Shown piece by piece: positions 1 to 9,800 of a stretch of DNA of 57,427 nucleotides (its first letter is position 1; each line of letters begins with the position of its first letter). Made by a program: the position numbers and the translations under genes. Source of the DNA: Anaerovoracaceae bacterium (GTDB lineage: Bacteria > Actinomycetota > Coriobacteriia > Coriobacteriales > Atopobiaceae). The stretch spans positions 1 to 57,427 of the forward strand of contig CAVIES010000001.1 of the NCBI GenBank assembly GCA_963641675.1. The letters are read 5' to 3'. The notes below the pieces were generated by a model. The model was not told where the DNA came from. It made no database searches and saw nothing but the letters and a program-made list of their open reading frames with translations.

Positions 1-2
1 GA

Positions 3-737
3 CGTTTAGCTATTGATATGTCTTCCAGTCTCTACACACAGCAAGGCGTCGATTTTGACGTGTGGTTCGGCCTTGGGACCGGCTCGCAGTATGTCAACAT
101 CTACGGCAGCAGCGGTCAGGACATCGGGCAACGATACTACGCAGGCTCTGGTGGTCCGGCGACAGGGTGGTCCTCTCAGGACGGGCAGGATCTTTGCAAC
201 CACTTCAGCGGGTATGGCTTTGGGATTTATCGTGTTGGTGGAGTCCCGTGGAACACCTATCGAGGCGGGGACACTTCTAAATGGTGGACAAACTGGCTGA
301 AGACATTTGCAACCAACCATACGGCGTGCAAGTGCATGTCAGGGATCATGGACGACTGTTACTACAGGGACGTCTGCTCTGCCCAAGACGGGGATTCTAT
401 TGCAGTGTTCGCCTGGTCCCCTATTGAGAGTACAGAGATCACTTTCAACTACGAGGTCCTCAACCGTGAGACTCGTAAGTGTAGCAAGAGCTACCACCGC
501 ATGTATGAGGAGTATGTCACGATCAACCCCCACCTGAAGGCCGTCATCGTGTCCCGGGGGTGTGGTGCGGGTGACGGCCCCTGCGCGGAGTACCGCTTCA
601 CTGCAAGTCAGTGGGGGCAAGGCACGGTGCAGCACCAAGGCATCTACGGTTGTTGGAACGACGACAACTGCCCCGAGTATGGCACATCAGGGGAGAGTAT
701 GTGGAAGTGGAACCGCTATTGGACGTGGCACCCATGA
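3..737 (+). CDS. 5'-truncated Cys/Trp/Gly-rich protein, probably the C-terminus of a tail fibre or receptor-binding protein
   Basis: Frame stays open upstream of ATG 18 to the window edge (CGT TTA GCT ATT GAT ATG); stop overlaps the next ATG (ATGA 734-737); virion-module context. Confidence 0.6.
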   Translation, partial: RLAIDMSSSLYTQQGVDFDVWFGLGTGSQYVNIYGSSGQDIGQRYYAGSGGPATGWSSQDGQDLCNHFSGYGFGIYRVGGVPWNTYRGGDTSKWWTNWLKTFATNHTACKCMSGIMDDCYYRDVCSAQDGDSIAVFAWSPIESTEITFNYEVLNRETRKCSKSYHRMYEEYVTINPHLKAVIVSRGCGAGDGPCAEYRFTASQWGQGTVQHQGIYGCWNDDNCPEYGTSGESMWKWNRYWTWHP

Positions 738-1147
738 TTCTCTTCAACAAGCCTTTTATTTCTCAGTGGCTCTCACACCAGATCCCTGGTGAGGGTGAGT
801 TTCCTCTGAACGCTCCGAACATGGCGTACATCAGAGACGGCCATGTCTGTGGTGCTGTGGTGTACACGTGGCCCTCGGGGAACGGATGCATGGTGAGCGT
901 GGCGTCTGACGGGACGGGAAGATGGTTTAACCGGACGTTCCTTCGGGCGGCTTTTGCGTACCCATTCATTCAGATGAAGTACGCCCGGATATCGGGCTTG
1001 GTGAGAGTGGACAACTATGCGGCTCAGAGGTTTGACGAGCATCTGGGCTTTAAACGAGAAGGTCTCTTGCGGAAAGGGGACGACGATGGCACGGACCTCA
1101 TCCTCTACGGGATGTTGAAAGAAGAGTGCCGATGGCTTCACATTTGA
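734..1147 (+). CDS. GNAT-family N-acyltransferase (RimJ/RimL-like)
   Basis: FAYPFIQM..RISGLVRVDNYAAQRFDEHLGFKREGLLR..DLILYGML motifs; start re-set to ATG 734 by the ATGA overlap. Confidence 0.85.
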   Translation: MILFNKPFISQWLSHQIPGEGEFPLNAPNMAYIRDGHVCGAVVYTWPSGNGCMVSVASDGTGRWFNRTFLRAAFAYPFIQMKYARISGLVRVDNYAAQRFDEHLGFKREGLLRKGDDDGTDLILYGMLKEECRWLHI

Positions 1148-1155
1148 GGTAACGA

Positions 1156-2070
1156 ATGGGCAAGAAATCTTCAAGTTACTCGGAGATAGACCCCCGAGTG
1201 GGGCAGGCAATGTCCCGGCAGGCAGACCTGGCGCAGCAGTACCAGGACTGGTATGAGACGACGATGATGCCGACGATGTTCGCCGCTACAGAGATGGCGA
1301 ATGAGCGGCAGTATGCCCTGGCCCAGTATGCACGCGAGCTGGCGACCTATCAGCGAGATCAGACGCAGGCCCGCACGGACAAGTACAACGAGCGCGCCGA
1401 TGCCCAGCGGGATACGGGCATGGCCATCAAGGACAAGGTCGATCCGTCGATTGCCGACGAGGCTACAAACTTTAACGAAGCCGCAGCCCGAGAGCGCAAG
1501 ATTGAAGAGGCCGTTGGCGACCTCACAATGGGCTATGGCCAGTTCCGCAAGAACGCCATGCACCAGTACAACGGGCTGGGCATCGACCCGACCTCGGGGC
1601 GGTTTCAAGCGGGCTTTCGGCAGATCTCTGACGAGGAGGCCAACAGCAAGGCCCAGGCTAAGCTTGCCGCTGAAAGAGCTGCGAAGGAGCTGGGGTGGAA
1701 CAAGCAGATGGCAGCTGTGAGTATCGGCCAGGACTACCTCAACCAGTCTAACAACTACGCCAACCTTGCCAACAGCACCATCAGCTCTGGCATGGGTCAG
1801 GTGCTGTCGTCTATCAATGGGGCGTCGAGCACAGCCCAGTCGCAGCTCTCGAACTTGAACAGCATGTACAACAGCTACGGCAGCAATCTGACCTCTCTGA
1901 TGAATCAGAACCAGAGTGTGTTCAACGCTGGCATGGGTGTGAGCAACTCGAATCTCCAGCAGAGCATCACGAATAACCAGAACGCAGCCACGGTGGCGTC
2001 GGGATATGGTCAAATGTTTGGGTCTATTGCCGGGGCGGCTGGCAAAGTTGGCAACTACTACTTGTCATAA
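1156..2070 (+). CDS. Internal virion (ejection/pilot-like) protein, paralogue A
   Basis: Q/N/S/A-rich helical protein, MGKKSSS N-terminus, Gly/Ala-rich C-terminus, located before large internal virion genes. Confidence 0.7.
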   Translation: MGKKSSSYSEIDPRVGQAMSRQADLAQQYQDWYETTMMPTMFAATEMANERQYALAQYARELATYQRDQTQARTDKYNERADAQRDTGMAIKDKVDPSIADEATNFNEAAARERKIEEAVGDLTMGYGQFRKNAMHQYNGLGIDPTSGRFQAGFRQISDEEANSKAQAKLAAERAAKELGWNKQMAAVSIGQDYLNQSNNYANLANSTISSGMGQVLSSINGASSTAQSQLSNLNSMYNSYGSNLTSLMNQNQSVFNAGMGVSNSNLQQSITNNQNAATVASGYGQMFGSIAGAAGKVGNYYLS

Positions 2071-2081
2071 CGAGGCGGTGA

Positions 2082-2981
2082 ATGAGTAAGAAAGGATCTT
2101 CCTCCGTCGCCATGGACCCCGCCATTGGCGAGGCCATGACTAAGCAGACGGAGTTGATGGAGCAGCAGAACAACTGGTACCAGAACACCTATTACCCCTG
2201 GCTCCAGCAGCAGATCAAGACGCAGAACGAGCAGGCCAACTTGGACTACGACTTCCAGGTGGATAACGCTGACTGGTGGAAGAACTACTACACCACGCAG
2301 TCGGAGAAGCAGGACGCCCAGTCTGATGAGCTGTACAACCGCTACTTGAAGTATTTCAAGCCTGTGGAGGACAAGCTCGTTAAGGAGGCTGAGGAGTACA
2401 ACAGCTCAACGAAGGCCCAGACGGATGCCCAGAACGCCATCACGACGACCAACGGGTCGTACGACGCTCAGCGCCAGGCACTCAACATGCGCATGAAGTC
2501 CTACGGCATCGACACTAACAGCGGGCTCTACAGCGAGCAGGCGCGTGCGTCCAACATTAATCAGGCAGCAGCGGCTGTGACAGCGGCTAACCAGGCTCGT
2601 GAGAGTGCTGTGGACCTCGGCTGGCAGAAGCAGCTCCAGCTGTCCCAGTTAGGCTCGTCGTACCTTGGTAACTCGGTCAACTTGTCCAACCTGGCTAACA
2701 GCACGGCCACTACAGGGTCCTCAGCATCCAACGCAGCGCTGTCCACGGCGCAGAGCACCTCGCAGACCGCGTTGGGCAACTCGCTCAACTTCGGTCAGAT
2801 CGGCCTTAACAGTTACCAGACGATGAGCAACGCGTGGGGGCAGTACGGCAACATGGGCCAACAGAAGACTAACTACAACCAGCAGGTGCAGTCCGCGAAA
2901 GACGCCGCGTCTGCGGCACAGGCCAGCGGCACGGCCTCAGCTGTTGGCACGGGTGTGGCTGCAGTGGCGGTGGCCATATGA
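2082..2981 (+). CDS. Internal virion (ejection/pilot-like) protein, paralogue B
   Basis: Colinear similarity to 1156-2070 (DPxxGxAMxxQ, WY, GIDxxSG, LGWxKQ); hydrophobic C-terminus GVAAVAVAI. Confidence 0.7.
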   Translation: MSKKGSSSVAMDPAIGEAMTKQTELMEQQNNWYQNTYYPWLQQQIKTQNEQANLDYDFQVDNADWWKNYYTTQSEKQDAQSDELYNRYLKYFKPVEDKLVKEAEEYNSSTKAQTDAQNAITTTNGSYDAQRQALNMRMKSYGIDTNSGLYSEQARASNINQAAAAVTAANQARESAVDLGWQKQLQLSQLGSSYLGNSVNLSNLANSTATTGSSASNAALSTAQSTSQTALGNSLNFGQIGLNSYQTMSNAWGQYGNMGQQKTNYNQQVQSAKDAASAAQASGTASAVGTGVAAVAVAI

Positions 2982-3679
2982 AGAAGCTTCTGTGGTATAG
3001 CGGCGGGAAGGACAGCTTGGCCGTTCTCCTGCTTCTCAAGTCTCTGTGGGAGTCTGATGACTTCCATGTGGCGTGGGTGGACACGGGGTGCCAGTTCCCT
3101 GAGGTGATCGAACACATGGAGCGAGTGAAGCTCTACGTGAAGAACTTCCACACCTTGAAGTCCAACGCTCTCGCGTGGCAGTTGGAGCATGGCCATCCTG
3201 TTGATCTTGTGCCAACGAGTAAGGACGCGACAGGCCGCTACATCTACGGCGGTGACCACCATCGTCCCTACGTCTCTCGCTGGGAGTGCTGCAAGGCCAA
3301 CGTCTGGGCCCCAATGGAGATGTTCATGCGCGAGCACCACCCAGAGATGGTGTTCCGTGGTGACCGGAGTTCTGAGCGGGATGCAGGGTTGCGTGAGGCT
3401 GAGGGCATCACCATTGTGACGCCGATCTTCGGCTGGACACAGGAGCAGGTGCTCAACTACATCATCGAGCAGGGCACCAAGTATGGCTTCGTCCAAGCCC
3501 GCCACGGGCTCACCGAAGGGAGCTCGCTCGACTGCAAGGTCTGCACGGCCTATCACTGCGAGCACAAGGAGCGGATGAAGTATTTGAAGGAGCATCACCC
3601 GGAGCTCTATGAGGCTGACCGAGTGTTTTTTGAACGTTATAAGGAAGACATCTTCCAGGAAATGAAGGAGATCCTCTAA
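2978..3679 (+). CDS. PAPS/APS-reductase-family (PP-loop) protein with Fe-S-type cysteines
   Basis: YSGGKDS PP-loop, VDTGxxFPE, WECCKANVWAP, RGxRxxE, PIFGWT, SLDCKVCT. Confidence 0.9.
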   Translation: MKKLLWYSGGKDSLAVLLLLKSLWESDDFHVAWVDTGCQFPEVIEHMERVKLYVKNFHTLKSNALAWQLEHGHPVDLVPTSKDATGRYIYGGDHHRPYVSRWECCKANVWAPMEMFMREHHPEMVFRGDRSSERDAGLREAEGITIVTPIFGWTQEQVLNYIIEQGTKYGFVQARHGLTEGSSLDCKVCTAYHCEHKERMKYLKEHHPELYEADRVFFERYKEDIFQEMKEIL

Positions 3680-6600
3680 TGGCTCATTATTGGGGAAGTT
3701 TCGCCGGAGGGTTCGCCCAGGGGTTGCGCAATGGCTGGGACCTCGGCGAGAAGATCACCGACTCCATCGCCCGAGGCAGGTTCCAACGATCTACGGACGA
3801 GGCAGACAAAAAAGCAGATGAAGCGTACGCCAAGCTTGACGAGGAAAAGTCCGCCGGAGAGAAGGCTAAGGCTCGTAAGGGAGCCCGGGAACGTGCCATT
3901 GACACGGGTTCCCTGACGACGTCGTCTCCGCTAGAGGCTACTACTGGCGGTGCCCCGAAGTTGCCCGAAGAGACATCTGCGCTTCCCGCTAGCATAACCG
4001 CTGATCAGATGGCCAGTCCCTATATCGGTACGCAGCAACCTGCGCCCGCAGAGTCTTCCAAGATGGCGCAGGCCATGCCATTCAGTCCGAGTGATCGTAC
4101 GGCTGTGGAGCCTCCCTCCGAAGGAAGCCCCCTGGACTACATCCCCAGTCAGGCGGTCGATTCAGCGCTCCCTGCGCCAACACATCCGTCGGATAGAGAA
4201 ACTGCTCTGTCCGACTCCGAGTACATGCGGCGTCGTCAGGCTATTTCATCTCAGCAGAAGCGAGACACTCTCCGCGCTCAGCTTGACTATTTGAAGTACA
4301 AGAACCCCGAGGCTTACATGGAAGTCAAGGAGAAGTTGTACGACATGGACACGGACGCCTCCATCCAGCAGGTCATTGAGGGGATGGAAGCCGGAGATCC
4401 GACAGCCATCGGGCAGGCGGTGCGCACGTTGAGTGACATGGGCTACTTCCCCGAGGGAGCCCGGCCCCGCGAGGGCAAGAACGACACCGTTGAGCTTGTG
4501 GACAAGGATGGCAAGGTGCTCTGGGGTGGCAAGCTTACGCAGGACCTCGTTAAACGTGGGATCCCGCTCTTTGCTATGGCTGCTAAAGCGAAGGCTCGGA
4601 ATGACTTCAAGTCTATGTACGACCTCCAGGATAAGGTCCGGTCTGACCGCCGAGCTGATAACGCTGAGAAACGAGCCGAGGAGCTCCTCCGTTACCAGAT
4701 CGCGAATGGCAACCGCAACTACGAACTGGCGGTCAAGCGGTTTGGCTGGGAGCAGGTGCGTGGCCAGCTTGCCCTCAAGATGCAGGCGGAGCAGATGGAC
4801 CAGGCAGAGCGCCACTTCCAGCGCACTCAGGGCGAGACTGAGTATCAGCATGACGTTGGTAACTGGTTCAAGATGGCCGGGATGAACGGCTACAGTGCCT
4901 CTAGCAAGGGAGGTTCTGCCCCTGGCGGAGCTGAAAACTGGGCCATGACCAACCTCCCGTCGGGCACGAAACTTGGGGAGGATGAGAACGGCAGCACTGC
5001 TGTAGTCAACACCAGAACTGGTGAAGTGATGGGGTCCTACAACAAGGATATCCGCAACGCTGTTCCAAGCTACGCTCGCACTCCTGCAGAAGAGAAGACG
5101 CAGAAGGACCTCGCCGCCAAGGGGTGGGTGGATGGGTTCGCCTACGATGACTCTGGCCGTGTGAAATACACGATGCGCAACCCGAAGAACGGTCAGTATG
5201 TCTTCGCTGATGACCCGACGCATATCTACGAGTCTCAGGATAAGCGCCCGCCGCTCCCTCCGTTCCCCAAGCGGGGTCAGCGCTGGAGTCCTGAGGACCA
5301 AGGGACGGCTCTCCCATCGCGCACTGGCAGAGACTCCCCGAAGGCTGAGACCTCGCATACTTCTGTCAGTGAGACAAGGAGCGAGACTCAGAAGGCCCAA
5401 GCGGCGGAATCCAGCTTGTATGACAAGGACCCCGGCCGCACTGCACCTGTAGCAATGGATAGCGGCATGCCTGATGTGCCTGCAGCGACACCCGAAGAAC
5501 ACCAACAGGGCTCTGCACTTCAGCAGGCCGAGGCCCGGTTGAAGGAGCTGGAAGATCAGCGTCTTCAGAACGGCTGGTCGTGGGGCTGGGAGATGGAGCA
5601 TCGGCGTGCTCTGTTGGACTATCGGCAACTGAAGTTCGGTACCGCTCGTGGTGAAGCAGCACCTGAGGAGGCCCCGGCACAGTCGCCATTGCTTGGCAAG
5701 GACCCCGGTCGCACTGCACCTGTAGCAATGGATAGCGGCATGCCTGACGTGCCCGCATCCAAGAAGGAGTCAGCCTTGCCTGCCTCGAAGTACAAGCCTG
5801 AGGACTTCTTTGAAGCCTATGCTAAGAAGCCCCCCGAGAGTGTTGATTCCCACCTTGACACTGACGCTGACCGCAGAGTTACAGCCCGTCGCGGGGACGA
5901 GTACAACAAGCTCGGCGCTCACGAGTACGCAGACCACGAGTACAAGTGGGGTGCATCTCGCGACTACGGCGCCCCCATCACCGGGGCGGACAACTTCCGT
6001 CGGCAGTACTCCAACGGGTCCTTGGACTACAAGGTTGACCCAGAAATGGCTAAGCATGCAGATGCAGCTTCGCGTGGGCAGGCAGGTCGTTACCAACGTG
6101 CAGAGGTGTACGACGACGCCAAGAAACCGGGTAAGAAGGAAACCGCCCTGTCACGAAAGCGGAACGCAGCTGCGGACGATTTCTACGACGCCTATAAAGA
6201 GCGAGGCTACGGGCCTAAGCGTGGTTCCTACGATCCTATTGGGAAGATCCTTGACGACACGCATGTCACCAAGAAGGAGAAGGCGATCAAGTGGCCTAAG
6301 TCCGAGGCTGAGATGGACAAGGATGTCGCTCGCTGGGAAAAGAAGTTCCCGAAGATTCTCAAGGACGCCCAGAAACCTCGTGAGCAGGATAAACCCGTCC
6401 GTCGTGACCCCGAGGACTACCGCTACGCCTTTGAAAGCAAGTCGAAGCTTGGGAAGAAGTATTTCGACGTTAAAGAGGTCATCACCTCGCCGAAGGGATC
6501 TGCAGAGTGGAGCAACAACGAGGCGCACGCCGCCCACGTACTTGCATTGCCCGCCATGGCTGAGCTCATTAACAACGGTGTAGAGGTCGAGTACATAACT

Positions 6601-6864
6601 GCCGACAGACTCAAAAAGCTCTGGACGACTGTACTCAAGGGGGATATCGACGGGGCGTCCCAGCACTTCTTCCGTCGTGCTGCTAAGGAGATGCTGGACC
6701 AGGTCCGCTCTCTGAACCTCAACGAGATTGACCGCAAGGAGTGGGCGAAAGACTACCTAGAGGCAAAGCGCATACAGATCCGCGAACGAGGTAAGCGACC
6801 TGTGCACGAGATCATGCGAGAGCTCAAGGGCAAGAAAGCAAAATCTAAGAAGGAGGCTAAGTAA
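3679..6864 (+). CDS. Large internal virion/ejection protein (1061 aa)
   Basis: N-terminal GSFAGGFAQGL amphipathic motif typical of ejection proteins; low-complexity linkers; TAATG coupling to both neighbours. Confidence 0.65.
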   Translation: MAHYWGSFAGGFAQGLRNGWDLGEKITDSIARGRFQRSTDEADKKADEAYAKLDEEKSAGEKAKARKGARERAIDTGSLTTSSPLEATTGGAPKLPEETSALPASITADQMASPYIGTQQPAPAESSKMAQAMPFSPSDRTAVEPPSEGSPLDYIPSQAVDSALPAPTHPSDRETALSDSEYMRRRQAISSQQKRDTLRAQLDYLKYKNPEAYMEVKEKLYDMDTDASIQQVIEGMEAGDPTAIGQAVRTLSDMGYFPEGARPREGKNDTVELVDKDGKVLWGGKLTQDLVKRGIPLFAMAAKAKARNDFKSMYDLQDKVRSDRRADNAEKRAEELLRYQIANGNRNYELAVKRFGWEQVRGQLALKMQAEQMDQAERHFQRTQGETEYQHDVGNWFKMAGMNGYSASSKGGSAPGGAENWAMTNLPSGTKLGEDENGSTAVVNTRTGEVMGSYNKDIRNAVPSYARTPAEEKTQKDLAAKGWVDGFAYDDSGRVKYTMRNPKNGQYVFADDPTHIYESQDKRPPLPPFPKRGQRWSPEDQGTALPSRTGRDSPKAETSHTSVSETRSETQKAQAAESSLYDKDPGRTAPVAMDSGMPDVPAATPEEHQQGSALQQAEARLKELEDQRLQNGWSWGWEMEHRRALLDYRQLKFGTARGEAAPEEAPAQSPLLGKDPGRTAPVAMDSGMPDVPASKKESALPASKYKPEDFFEAYAKKPPESVDSHLDTDADRRVTARRGDEYNKLGAHEYADHEYKWGASRDYGAPITGADNFRRQYSNGSLDYKVDPEMAKHADAASRGQAGRYQRAEVYDDAKKPGKKETALSRKRNAAADDFYDAYKERGYGPKRGSYDPIGKILDDTHVTKKEKAIKWPKSEAEMDKDVARWEKKFPKILKDAQKPREQDKPVRRDPEDYRYAFESKSKLGKKYFDVKEVITSPKGSAEWSNNEAHAAHVLALPAMAELINNGVEVEYITADRLKKLWTTVLKGDIDGASQHFFRRAAKEMLDQVRSLNLNEIDRKEWAKDYLEAKRIQIRERGKRPVHEIMRELKGKKAKSKKEAK
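5424..5753 (+). repeat. ~57-bp direct repeat (5424-5480 and 5697-5753) encoding KDPGRTAPVAMDSGMPDVP
   Basis: Two near-identical copies read directly. Confidence 0.9.
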
Positions 6865-9800
6865 TGCCGCGCTATATTGGTGACTACAGCTGGGACCTCG
6901 CCGACGCACCGGAGGAGACAGACCAAAACTCCGGTGTCCTTGGAGACACCGGGACCGACCTCAAGCTCGGCGTGGGCCAGCTAAAGCAGGCGTCCTACGC
7001 CGTGGGGGACCTCGTAGCCCGTCCGTTCCGTTCGGACGATGACGAGACGTTCTCCGAACGGTTGGCCAAGGCTGACGAGAATGAGATCGGGTCCGAGGCT
7101 TGGCAGGCTAAGAAGCGAGCCGAGTACTCCGACGCACGACAGGCGTCTGAAGAAGACTACGAGGCGGTGAAGAAGTCCTTCGGGGACTCTGCTCTCGGGC
7201 AGTACGCGGGCACGATCTACAGCATGGCAACCCACCCCCGCGTGGCATTCGGGCGCATCGCAGAGTCTGCCCCTGCGATGGTGGCGGGCGGTGGCGTTGG
7301 CGGAGCTATCGCCAAGGGAGCTACGGCTCTGGGCTTGGCGACCCGGGCGGCTACTATCGCTCGTGCGGCCAACATCGGTGCTGCATTGGGCGAAGGTGTC
7401 CAGTCGGGTGCCAACAACGCCTATGACCTTATGAACTATAACGTCCGCAACGGGCGTCCCCGCTACGAAGGCATGGGGGGTAACCAGCTTCTCACGGCTG
7501 GCGGCGTGGCGATGACGTCGCTTGTTGGCGCTAGGGTAGGGGGTGGCATCGAGGCCTCGCTCTTCAACAAGGAGGCGCGTCAAGCTCTTAAAGCGGGGAA
7601 CAAGGGCACAGTGCGTGCTGCGGGCGGTGAATTCGTCGAAGAGACCGGTCAGACCGTCTGGGAAGACGTCCCGCAGAACCTCTCCATGGGCAAGTCCTGG
7701 GATGAGGGCCTCTATGAAGATATGGCAGAAAGTGGCTTCGCAGGCGGAGCCATGGGTGGTGGTGTGCACATAGGACATCGAGTTCTCGGCACAACTGGGC
7801 AGCAGTCCCTCCTGAACGACGCACCAACGCAGCAGGACACCCAGGAACGAGCGCAAGCTCGGGCGCAAGAGCAAATGCGAGCCGAGCCCCAAGGGGAGGC
7901 TACGCAAGAAGCTCCAGCTAGTGAGCCTGAGCAGACTGGGCCTGTGTACGCTCTTGGCTACGACCCGCGCGTTGGCACTCGTAACGACGAGCCTATTGAC
8001 ATGGGGTATGACCGCTCTGCCTACCCAGCTCCTAGTGCACCAGTCAGTGGCGAGATGACGAACCGCATGGTTCCGCAGTGGATGCTTGATGAGCACGGTC
8101 AGCGCAAGTACTCGCAGTCGGAGATGGACCGCATGGAGCGCCAGCGCCAGCAGGGCGTTGTGCCCCCTGTCTATGCACTGGGCTACGACCCGCGCGTTGG
8201 CACACGCAACGAGCAACCCATCATCATGGGCCACAACCCGAACACCGAGGCCCGTTATAACCACATGACCCCCCAGAGTGGCTTTGACGAGCGTGGTCAT
8301 CGGACTATGAGCAACCAGGAGCTCAATGATTACCACTCTGGCAACCGCCGTGCTGTGGAGGACGCAGCAGCTGCTACTCCGATGGCAGGAACCCAGCCTG
8401 TTCCTCCAGCGCCTCAGCGCGAGCTCACCAAGGAAGAGAAGGCGGCAGAGAAAGCTCGTCAGAAGGCAGAGGAGAAGAAGGCCAAGGAGAAGGCAGCCTT
8501 CCAGCAGGCTGAGGCCGAGGCTGACACCTACCACTCCCACTACGCCGATACCCTCGAGCGTGGCAAGAAGGTCTCCCGTGGCGAGATGAAAGAAGATGCC
8601 CAGTGGCACGAGGCCCATCCTGAAATGGCTCCAACTCTTCAGGTGCTCGCCCGTGCGAATAAGCTCGCGAAGGCAGGACTGCGACCATCTGAGTTGCGTG
8701 ACCTTGCTCGCAAGCACCACAGTGAGAACCCGATCTCCATGCTGGAGTCCTTAGAGCGCGGGGCAAACGACGCCAGCACTGTGGAGCGTGGAGACGTGCT
8801 GTCCGCCGCGGCGGAAATCCTTCGCAATCCGGAAGCTGACTTGGAGCAATTCATTGCAGGGCGTCAGAAGACACGTGCTGATGCTGAAGCCAAGGCCGTC
8901 CTTGAGGCAGAAACCAAGAAGGCCCAAAAGAAAGCAGAGAAGGCTGAGGCAGCCAAGCCTAAGGCTGAGCCTGTGGAGGAGGTCGTCCCCTCTGCAGAGG
9001 AGTGGGAGAAGATGTCCGACGAACGCCGTGCCAAAGTGGTGACTGCGGCAGCTCGTTCCAAGAACAAGGAGTTCCACGATGGTGTCCGCGACTTGAATGA
9101 CAAGTTCAGGGCCTACCAGGAGAAGGTGCGTCAGAACGAGGAAGGGAAGAAGGCCGCAACGGAGAAGGCGGCGGAGAATGAGCCTGCCAAGACTGAGCCC
9201 AAGAAGGAAGAACCGACGGCTGAGGAGAAGAAAGAGGCGCCTGCTAAGCTCGAAGAGAAGAAAGAAGAGCCCAAAGCTGAGGAGAAGAAGGACGAAATTG
9301 TTACGGACAAGGCTGGTCGGCGGGTCTGGAAGTCTGTGCTAGACGAGGAGGCTGAGCGCCCCGAGGGGTACCCTAATGAAATGCCAGCGCAATACCTGCG
9401 TCGGCAAAGGTGGCTGGATGTGGTCGGCCGGGCGATGAAGGCACTGTTTGTGGGGCACGACGAGGTTGGCGCAAGGGGCGGAGTTACCCATGTACGCGGG
9501 GTGCTTAAAGCAAACTCTACAGGGTTCAACCGTGTGGGGGACCTTGTATACGCTATGGAAAACGGGGGGCTCAAGGAGGACATTCAGAGGTTCGCCACGA
9601 AGGAACATCTGAAGGCTCTAGAGGCCATTGAGTCTGTTACAAGAGAGCTCTACTACCCCGACTTTGACCTTGGCCTCGATGAACTTCGGGCGAAGCTCGG
9701 TGTCAAGAAAGCTGCTCCTGAAGCCAAGGCAGTGAGCAAAGAAACTTCCGAGTCGAAGGCGAAAGAGGTAAAGCCTGAGGCCAAGGAGGATCCTAAGCCG

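Noticed and set aside
1..737. Diversity-generating retroelement target
   Set aside because: No RT and no adenine-variant template repeat seen; the missing part of the genome cannot be assessed.
2978..3679. DndC phosphorothioation or Dpd DNA-modification system
   Set aside because: Protein is short, no partner genes are present, and the context is structural.
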